The translations under genes and the position numbers were made by a program. Below the pieces are notes generated by a model. It saw nothing but the letters and a program-made list of their open reading frames with translations. It searched no databases and was not told where the DNA came from. Positions 54,501 through 64,000 of a stretch of 64,000 nt of DNA are shown here, one piece after another; position 1 is the first letter of the stretch; every line of letters begins with the position of its first letter. The DNA is from the human T2T-CHM13v2.0 reference genome, Homo sapiens. Location: assembly GCF_009914755.1 (NCBI RefSeq), contig NC_060937.1; one strand, given 5' to 3'.

Positions 54501-56200
54501 ATGGAATCAACCCAAGTGCATTGGAATGGAATGGAATGCAATGGAATCCACCCAGGAGGAATGGAAAGGAATGGAATGGAATGGAATGGAATGGAATGGA
54601 ATCAACACGAATGGAATGGAACGGAATGGAATGGGATGGGATGGAATGGAATGGAATGGAAGTTAATCAACACGAATGGAATCGAACGGAATGGATTGGA
54701 ATGGAATGGAATGGAATGGAATGGAATGGAATGGAATGGAATTTCATTGAATGGATTGAAATGGAAAGGAACGGAATGGAATCAACACGAGTGGAATGGA
54801 ATGGAACGGAATGGAATCAACCAGGGTGGAATGAAATGGAAAGTAATGCAATGGGATGGAGTGGAATCAAACCGAGTGGAATGCAATGGAATGGAATGGA
54901 ATGGAATGAAATGGAATGGAATTTAGTGGAATGGAATGGAATGGAATGGAATGGAATGGAATGAAATGGATTTGATCGGAATGGAATCCAATGGAATCAA
55001 CTGGAATGGAATGGAATGGAATAAATCCGGGTGGAGTGGAATGGAATGTAATGGAGTGGAATGGAATGGAATTTAGTGGAATGGATTGGAATGCAATGGA
55101 ATGGAATGAAATGGAATGGATCGGAATGGAATCCAATGGAAACGAATGGAATGGAATGGAATGGAATGGAATTTAGTGGAATGGAATGGAATGGAATGGA
55201 ATGAAATGAAATGGATTTGATCGGAATGGAATCCAATGGAATCAACTGGAATGGAATGGAATGGAATGGAATGGAATAAATCCGGGTGGAGTGGAATGGA
55301 ATGTAATGGAGTGGAATGGAATGGAATTTAGTGTAATGGAATGGAATGGAATGGAATGGAATGGAAAGGAATCAACCCGAATGGAATGGAACGGAATGGA
55401 ATGGAAAGGAATGGAATGGAATGGAATGGAATGGAATGGAAAGGAATCAACCCGAATGGAATGGAACGGAATGGAATGGAAAGGAATGGAATGGAATGGA
55501 ATGGAATGGAATGGAATGGAATCAACCCGAATGGGATGGCAAGGAATGGAATTGAATGGAATGGAATGGAATGGAATGGAATGGAATGGAATCAACCCAA
55601 GTGTAATGGAATGGAATGGAATGGAATGGAATGGAATGGAATGGAATGGAATGGAATGGAATGGAGTGTAATGCAAAGGAATGAAGTGGAATGGAATAAA
55701 CACCAGGGGAATGAAATGGATTGGAATGAAATGGAATGGAATGGAATGGAATGAAATCAACCCGAGTGGAATGGAACGGAATGGAATGGAATGGAAGGAT
55801 TGAATGGAATGGAATGGTGTGGAATCAAAAAGAGAGGAATGGAATGGAATGGAACGGAACGGAATGGAAAGGAATGGAATGGAATGAACCCGAATGGAAT
55901 GGAATGGATTGGAATGGAATGGAATGGAAACAACCCGAGCTTAAAGGAATGGAATTGAATGGAGTGGAATGGAATGTAATGGAATGGAATGGAATGGAAT
56001 GGAATCAACACGAATGGAATCGAACGGAATGGAATGGGATGGGATGGAATGGAATGGAATGAAATGTATTGGATCGGAATGGAATCCAATGGAATCAACT
56101 GGAATGGAATGGAAATGAATGGAATGGAATAAATCCGTGTGGAGTGGAATGGAATGTAATGGAGTGGAATGGAATGGAATTTAGTAGAATGGAATGGAAT
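50690..56200 (+). repeat. Duplicated block about 50.7-53.5 kb / 54.0-56.2 kb; the first copy has an internal duplication of about 0.8 kb
   Basis: TTTCATTGA at about 51251/54742; GATTTGATCGG pairs; GGCAAGGAAT and CCAAGTGTAAT at about 52880-52950 / 55540-55605. ORF offsets of 3491 (51376/54867) and 2682 (52579/55261), with an internal offset of 804 (51775/52579). Confidence 0.75.
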
Positions 56201-57384
56201 GGAATGGAATGCAATGGAATGGAATGGAATGGAATCAACCCGAATGGAATTGAACGGAATGGAATGGAAAGGAATGGAATGGAATGGAATGGAATGGAAT
56301 GGAATGGAATGGAATCAACCCGAATGGGAAGGCATGGAATGGAATTGAATGGAATGGAATTGAATGGAATGGAATCAACCCAAGTGCAATGGATGGAATG
56401 GAATGCAATGGAATCTACCCGAGTGGAATGGAATGGAATGGAATGGACTGTAACGGAATGGAATGGAATGGAATTCAATGGAGTGGAATGGAACGGAATA
56501 GAGTGGAATGGAATAAACTCCAGGGGAATGAAATGGAATGGAATGAAATCAAACCGAGTGGAATGGAACGGAATGGAATTGAATGGAAAGGAATGAATGG
56601 AATGGAATGGTGTCGAATCAACACGAGAGGAATGGAATGGAATGGAACGGAACGGAATGGAAAGAAATGGAATGGAATGAACCCGAAAGGAATGGAATGG
56701 ATTGGAATGGAATGGAATGGAATCAACCCGAGCGGAAAGGAATGGAATGCAATGGAGTGGAATGGAATGTAATGTAATGGAATGGAATGGAATGGAATCA
56801 TCACGAATGGAATGGAACGGAATGGAATGGGATGGGATGGAATGGAATGGGATGGGATGGAATTGAATGGAATGGAAGTTAATCAACACGAATGGAATGG
56901 AACGGAATGGAATGGAATGAAATGGAATGGAATGGAATGGAATGGAATAGAATGAAATGGAAAGGAACGGAATGGAATTAACAGGAGTGGAATGGAATGG
57001 AACAGAATGGAATCAACCCGAGTGGAATGAAATGGAATGTAATGCAATGGGATGGAGTGGAATCAACCCGAGTGGAATGGAATGGAATGGAATGGAATGG
57101 AATGGAATGGAATGGAATGCAATGAAATGGACTGGATTGGAATGGAATCCAATGGAATCAACTGGAATGGAATGGAATGGAATGGAATGGAATGGATTAA
57201 ATCCGGGTGGAGTGGAACGGAATGTAATGGAGTGGAATGGAATGGAATTTAGTGGAATGGAATGGAATGAAATGGATTGGATCGGAATAGAATCCAATGG
57301 AATCAACTGGAATGGAATGGAATGGAATGGAATGGAACAAATCCGGGTGTAGTGGAATGGAATGGAATGGAGTGGAATGGAATG

Positions 57385-58130
57385 GAATTTAGTGGAATGG
57401 AATGGAATGGAATAGAAAGGCATGGAATGGAATGAACCCGAATGGAATGGAATGGAATGGAATGGAAAGGAATGGAATGGAATGGAATGGAATGGAATGG
57501 AATGGAATGGAATAAACCTGAATGGGAAGGCATGAAATGGAACGGAATGCAATGGAATGGAATGGAATGGAATGGAATCTCCCTAAGTGCAATGGAATGG
57601 AATGGAATGCAATGGAATCCACCCGAGTGAAATGGAATGGAATGGAATGGAATGGAATGGAATGGAATTGAATGGAATGGAGTTGAATGGAACGGAATGG
57701 AGTGGAATGGAATAAACACCAAGGGAATGAAATGGATTGGAATGAAATGGAATGGAATTTAGTGGAATGGAATGGAATGGAATAGAAAGGCATGGAATGG
57801 AATGAACCCGAATGGAATGGAATGGAATGGAATGGAAAGGAATGGAATGGAATGGAATGGAATGGAATGGAATGGAATGGAATGGAATAAACCTGAATGG
57901 GAAGGCATGAAATGGAACGGAATGCAATGGAATGGAATGGAGTGGAATGGAATCTCCCTAAGTGCAATGGAATGGAATGGAATGCAATGGAATCCACCCG
58001 AGTGAAATGGAATGGAATGGAATGGAATGGAATGGAATTGAATGGAATGGAGTTGAATGGAACGGAATGGAGTGGAATGGAATAAACACCAAGGGAATGA
58101 AATGGATTGGAATGAAATGGAATGGAATGG
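57385..58130 (+). repeat. Tandem duplication of about 370 bp present only in the first copy of the 56-64 kb duplication
   Basis: ATAGAAAGGCATGG, AAACCTGAATGGGAAGGCATG, TCTCCCTAAGTG and AAACACCAAGGG each occur twice here but once in 62170-62540. Confidence 0.88.
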
Positions 58131-58269
58131 AATGGAATGGAATGAAATCAACCCGAGTGGAACGGAATTGAATGGAATGGAATGGAAAGGAATGAATGGA
58201 TTGGAATGGTGTGGAATCAACACGAGAGGAATGGAATGGAATGGAATCTTACGGAAAGGAATTGAAAGG

Positions 58270-59800
58270 AATGGAATGGAATGAACACGAATGGAATGGA
58301 ATCTATTGGAATGCAATGGAATGGAATCAACCCGGGCGGAAAGGAATGGAATGGAATGGAGTGGAATGGAATGTAATGGAATGGAATGGCATGGAATGGA
58401 AACAACACGAATGGAATGGAACAGAATGGAATGGGATGGGATGGAACAGAATGGAATGGAAGTTAATCAACACGAATGGAATGGAACGGAATGGAATGGA
58501 ATGGAATGGAATGGAATGGAATGGAATGAACCCGAATAGAATGGAATGGATTGGAATGGAATGGAATGGAATCAACCCGAGCGGAAAGGAATGGAATGGA
58601 ATGGAGTGGAATGGCATGTAATGGAAAGGAATGGAATGGAATGGAATGGAATGGAATGGAATGGAATGGAATCAACACGAATGGAATGAAACGGAATGGA
58701 ATTGGATGGGATGGAATGGAACGGAATGTAAGTTAATCAACACGAATGGAATGGAACGGAATGGAATGGAATGGAATGGAATGGAATGATCCCGAATGGA
58801 ATGAAATGGATTGGTATGGAATGGAATGGAATCAACCCGAGCGGAAAGGAATGGAATGGAATGGAGTGGAATGGAATGGAATGGAATGGAATGGAATGGA
58901 ATGGAAACAACACGAATTGAATGGAATGGAATGGAATGAAATGGGATGGGATGGAATGGAATGGAATGGAATGGAAGTTAATCAACACGAATGGAATGGA
59001 ACGGAATGGAATGGAATGGAATGGAATGGAATGAACCCGAATAGAATGGAATGGATTGGAATGGAATGGAATGGAATCAACCCGAGCGGAAAGGAATGGA
59101 ATGGAATGGAATGGAATGGATTCAACACGAATGGAATGAAACGGAATGGAATGGGATGGGATGGAATGGAATGGAATGGAAGTTAATCAACACGAATGAA
59201 ATGGAACGGAATGGAATGGAATGGAATGGAATGGAATCAACACGAATGGAATGGAATGGAATGGAATGGGATGGGATGGAATGGAATGGAATGGAAGTTA
59301 ATCAACACAAATGGAATGTATCTGAATGGAATGGAATGGAATGAACCCGAATGGAATGGAATGAACCCGAATGGAATGGAATGGATTGGAATGGAATGGA
59401 ATGGAATCAACCTGAGCGGAAAGGAATGGAATGGAATGGAGTGGAATGGAATGTAATAGAATGGAATGGAATGGAATGGAATCAACAGTAATGGAATGGA
59501 ACGGAAAGGAATGGGATGGGATGGAATGGAGTGGAATGGAAGTTAATCAACATGAATGGAATGGAACGGAATGGAATGGAATGGAATGGAATGAACAAGA
59601 ATGGAATGGAATGGATTGGAATGGAATGGAATGGAAGCAACCCGAGCGGAAAGGAATGGAATGGAATGGAGTGGAATGGAATGTAATGGAATGGAACGGA
59701 ATGGAATGTAATCAACACGAATGGAATGGAATGGAATGGAATGGGATGGGATGGAATGGAATGGAATGGAAGTTAATCAACACGAATGGAATGGAACGGA
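58270..59800 (+). repeat. Local array of a sub-module of about 115-270 bp (7 copies)
   Basis: GTTAATCAA at 58462, 58732, 58977, 59182, 59297, 59542 and 59772. Each is preceded by a GGGATGGGAT-type motif and most by GAACCCG...CAACCCGAGCGG. Confidence 0.8.
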
Positions 59801-62800
59801 ATGGAATGGAATGGAATGGAATGAAATGGAAAGGAACGGAATGGAATCAACACGAGTGGAATGGAATGGAAAGTAATGGATTCAACCCGAGTGGAATGAA
59901 ATAGAATGTAATGCAGTGGGATGGAGTGGAGTCAACCCGAGTGGAATGGAATGGAATGGACTGGAATGGAATGAAATGAAATGGATCGGAATGGAATCCA
60001 ATGGAATCAACTGGAATGGAATGGAATGGAATAAAATGGAATGGAATGGAATGGAATAAATCCGGGTGGAGTGGAATGGAATGTAATGGAGTGGAATGGA
60101 ATGGAATTTAGTGGAATGGAATTTAATGGATTGGAATGGAATGGAATGGAATCAACCCGAGCGGAAAGGAATGGAATGCAATGGAGTGGAATGGAATGTA
60201 ATGTAATGGAATGGAATGGAATGGAATCATCACGAATGGAATGGAACGGAATGGAATGGGATGGGATGGAATGGAATGGGATGGGATGGAATTGAATGGA
60301 ATGGAAGTTAATCAACACGAATGGAATGTAACAGAATGGAATGGAATGGAATAAACACAATTGGAATGGAACGGAATGGAATGGAATTGGATGGAATGGA
60401 ATGCAATGGAAGTTAATCAACACGAATGGAATGGAACGGAATGGAACGGAATGCAATGGAATGGCATGGAATGGAATGGAATGGAATGAAATGGAAAGGA
60501 ACGGAATGGAATCAACACGAATGGAATGGAATGGAACGGAATGGAATCAACCCGAGTGGAATGAAATGGAATGTAATGCAGTGGGATGGAGTGGAGTCAA
60601 CCCGAGCGGAATGGAATGGAATGGAGTGGAAAGGAATGAAATGGAATGGATCGGAATAGAATCCAATGGAATCAACTGGATTGGAATGGTACGGAAGGGA
60701 ATGGAATGGAATGGAATAAATCCGGGTGGAGTGCAATGGAATGTAATGGAGTGGAATATAATGGAATTTATTGGAATGGAATGGAATGGAATGGAATGGA
60801 ATGGAATGGAACGGAATGGATTGGAATGAAATGGATTGGATCGGAATGGAATCCAATGGAATCAACTGGAATGGAATGGAATGGAATGGAATGGAATGGA
60901 ATGGAATAAATCCGTGTGGAGTGGAATGGAATGTAATGGAGTGGAATGGAATGGAATTTAGTAGAATGGAATGGAATGGAATGGAATGCAATGGAATGGA
61001 ATGGAATGGAATCAACCCGAATGGAATTGAACGGAATGGAATGGAAAGGAATGGAATGGAATGGAATGGAATGGAATGGAATGGAATGGAATGGAATGGA
61101 ATCAACCCGAATGGGAAGGCATGGAATGGAATTGAATGGAATGGAATGGAATGGAATGGAATCAACCCAAGTGCAATGGATGGAATGGAATGCAATGGAA
61201 TCTACCCGAGTGGAATGGAATGGAATGGAACGGACTGTAACGGAATGGAATGGAATGGAATTCAATGGAGTGGAATGGAACGGAATAGAGTGGAATGGAA
61301 TAAACTCCAGGGGAATGAAATGGAATGGAATGAAATCAAACCGAGTGGAATGGAACGGAATGGAATTGAATGGAAAGGAATGAATGGAATGGAATGGTGT
61401 CGAATCAACACGAGAGGAATGGAATGGAATGGAACGGAACGGAATGGAAAGAAATGGAATGGAATGAACCCGAAAGGAATGGAATGGATTGGAATGGAAT
61501 GGAATGGAATCAACCCGAGCGGAAAGGAATGGAATGCAATGGAGTGGAATGGAATGTAATGTAATGGAATGGAATGGAATGGAATCATCACGAATGGAAT
61601 GGAACGGAATGGAATGGGATGGGATGGAATGGAATGGGATGGGATGGAATTGAATGGAATGGAAGTTAATCAACACGAATGGAATGGAACGGAATGGAAT
61701 GGAATGAAATGGAATGGAATGGAATAGAATGAAATGGAAAGGAACGGAATGGAATTAACAGGAGTGGAATGGAATGGAACAGAATGGAATCAACCCGAGT
61801 GGAATGAAATGGAATGTAATGCAATGGGATGGAGTGGAATCAACCCGAGTGGAATGGAATGGAATGGAATGGAATGGAATGGAATGGAATGCAATGAAAT
61901 GGACTGGATTGGAATGGAATCCAATGGAATCAACTGGAATGGAATGGAATGGAATGGAATGGAATGGATTAAATCCGGGTGGAGTGGAACGGAATGTAAT
62001 GGAGTGGAATGGAATGGAATTTAGTGGAATGGAATGGAATGAAATGGATTGGATCGGAATAGAATCCAATGGAATCAACTGGAATGGAATGGAATGGAAT
62101 GGAATGGAATGGAATGGAACAAATCCGGGTGTAGTGGAATGGAATGGAATGGAGTGGAATGGAATGGAATTTAGTGGAATGGAATGGAATGGAATAGAAA
62201 GGCATGGAATGGAATGAACCCGAATGGAATGGAATGGAATGGAATGGAAAGGAATGGAATGGAATGGAATGGAATGGAATGGAATGGAATAAACCTGAAT
62301 GGGAAGGCATGAAATGGAACGGAATGCAATGGAATGCAATGGAATGGAATGGAATCTCCCTAAGTGCAATGGAATGGAATGGAATGCAATGGAATCCACC
62401 CGAGTGAAATGGAATGGAATGGAATGGAATGGAATGGAATTGAATGGAATGGAGTTGAATGGAACGGAATGGAGTGGAATGGAATAAACACCAAGGGAAT
62501 GAAATGGATTGGAATGAAATGGAATGGAATGGAATGGAATGGAATGAAATCAACCCGAGTGGAACGGAATTGAATGGAATGGAATGGAAAGGAATGAATG
62601 GAATGGAATGGTGTGGAATCAACACGAGAGGAATGGAATGGAATGGAATCTTACGGAAAGGAATTGAAAGGAATGGAATGGAATGAACACGAATGGAATG
62701 GAATCTATTGGAATGCAATGGAATGGAATCAACCCGGGCGGAAAGGAATGGAATGGAATGGAGTGGAATGGAATGTAATGGAATGGAATGGCATGGAATG

Positions 62801-64000
62801 GAAACAACACGAATGGAATGGAACAGAATGGAATGGGATGGGATGGAACAGAATGGAATGAAAGTTAATCAACACGAATGGAATGGAACGGAATGGAATG
62901 GAATGGAATGGAATGGAATGGAATGGAATGAACCCGAATAGAATGGAATGGATTGGAATGGAATGGAATGGAATCAACCCGAGCGGAAAGGAATGGAATG
63001 GAATGGAGTGGAATGGCATGTAATGGAAAGGAATGGAATGGAATGGAATGGAATGGAATGGAATGGAATGGAATGGAATCAACACGAATGGAATGAAACG
63101 GAATGGAATTGGATGGGATGGAATGGAACGGAATGTAAGTTAATCAACACGAATGGAATGGAACGGAATGGAATGGAATGGAATGGAATGGAATGAACCC
63201 GAATGGAATGAAATGGATTGGTATGGAATGGAATGGAATCAACCCGAGCGGAAAGTAATGGAATGGAATGGAGTGGAATGGAATGGAATGGAATGGAATG
63301 GAATGGAATGGAATGGAAACAACACGAATGGAATGGAATGGAATGGAATGGAATGGGATGGGATGGAATGGAATGGAATGGAATGGAAGTTAATCAACAC
63401 GAATGGAATGGAACGGAATGGAATGGAATGGAATGGAATGGAATGGAATGAACCCGAATAGAATGGAATGGATTGGAATGGAATGGAATGGAATCAACCC
63501 GAGCGGAAAGGAATGGAATGGAATGGAATGGAATGGATTCAACACGAATGGAATGAAACGGAATGGAATGGGATGGGATGGAATGGAATGGAATGGAAGT
63601 TAATCAACACGAATGAAATGGAACGGAATGGAATGGAATGGAATGGAATGGAATCAACACGAATGGAATGGAATGGAATGGAATGGGATGGGATGGAATG
63701 GAATGGAATGGAAGTTAATCAACACAAATGGAATGTATCTGAATGGAATGGAATGGAATGAACCCGAATGGAATGGAATGAACCCGAATGGAATGCAATG
63801 GATTGGAATGGAATGGAATGGAATCAACCTGAGCGGAAAGGAATGGAATGGAATGGAGTGGAATGGAATGTAATAGAATGGAATGGAATGGAATGGAATC
63901 AACAGTAATGGAATGGAACGGAAAGGAATGGGATGGGATGGAATGGAGTGGAATGGAAGTTAATCAACATGAATGGAATGGAACGGAATGGAATGGAATG

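Larger units (their letters stand above)
2546..64000 (+). repeat. Human Satellite 3 (HSat3 / Satellite III) array, (GGAAT)n on + strand, continues past the window end
   Basis: Dominant GGAAT pentamer with long pure runs and interspersed decamers CAACCCGAGT, CAACCCGAAT and CAACACGAGT/AAT, which are the classical Satellite III signature. The 23/26-bp HSat2 pattern (CATTCGATTC-type) is not dominant. One orientation throughout, and no non-satellite insert seen. Subfamily not assigned. Confidence 0.97.
56070..64000 (+). repeat. Duplication of at least 3.2 kb with offset about 4.4-4.8 kb (copy 1 from about 56070, copy 2 from about 60840, running off the window)
   Basis: Private markers ATCCGTGTGG, TCTACCCGAG, AAACTCCAGGGG, TGTCGAATC, TCTCCCTAAGTG, ATCTTACGG and AACAGTAATGG occur in both copies. 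ORF offsets of 4787 (56475/61262), 4402 (57897/62299) and 4417 (59051/63468). Confidence 0.9.

Noticed and set aside
2554-64000. Hundreds of MEWNG-repeat and HSIPF-repeat ORFs
   Set aside because: (GGAAT)n and (ATTCC)n contain no stop codon in any frame, and the + strand has ATG every 5 bp. The ORFs overlap in all six frames with no domain content. They were used only as alignment markers.
2546-64000. Conserved motifs separated by variable stretches, superficially like a CRISPR or other repeat-spacer array
   Set aside because: The intervening sequence is GGAAT runs rather than unique spacers, there are no cas or other genes, and the context is a vertebrate telomere.
2546-64000. Canonical heat-shock elements, or embedded transposons, rDNA, beta/alpha satellite or inversions
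   Set aside because: The nGAAn units are direct repeats, not the alternating inverted array of a canonical HSE. I saw no non-HSat3 sequence and no strand switch.
1-64000. Assignment to a specific chromosome or HSat3 subfamily
   Set aside because: An acrocentric p-arm tip is plausible, but distinguishing 13, 14, 15, 21 and 22, or subfamilies, needs alignment or k-mer classification that cannot be run here.

Overview
This is a eukaryotic chromosome end, almost certainly human or great ape, with no genes. Bases 1-2543 are a (CCCTAA)n telomere, C-strand on +, so this is a left/p-arm terminus. It joins through a 2-3 bp junction (CCCTAA-CTC-GGAAT) directly onto an uninterrupted, single-orientation Human Satellite 3 array (2546-64000, running off the window): (GGAAT)n interspersed with CAACCCGAGT/CAACACGA-type decamers. 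The layout fits the tip of an acrocentric short arm (inference, not verified by search). The most notable point is that there is no subtelomere: no telomere-variant-repeat zone, no TAR1 and no CpG-island TERRA promoter. The satellite unit next to the telomere is a truncated copy of a unit 23.58 kb further in, which suggests a break in HSat3 capped by new telomere. Inside the satellite there is an ordered module of about 0.75-1.1 kb with a 1-bp register slip in most copies, a higher-order succession of module types, and nested duplications from 59 bp to 7.87 kb. All ORFs in the supplied track are artefacts of stop-free repeats. Internal duplication boundaries were read by eye and are approximate.
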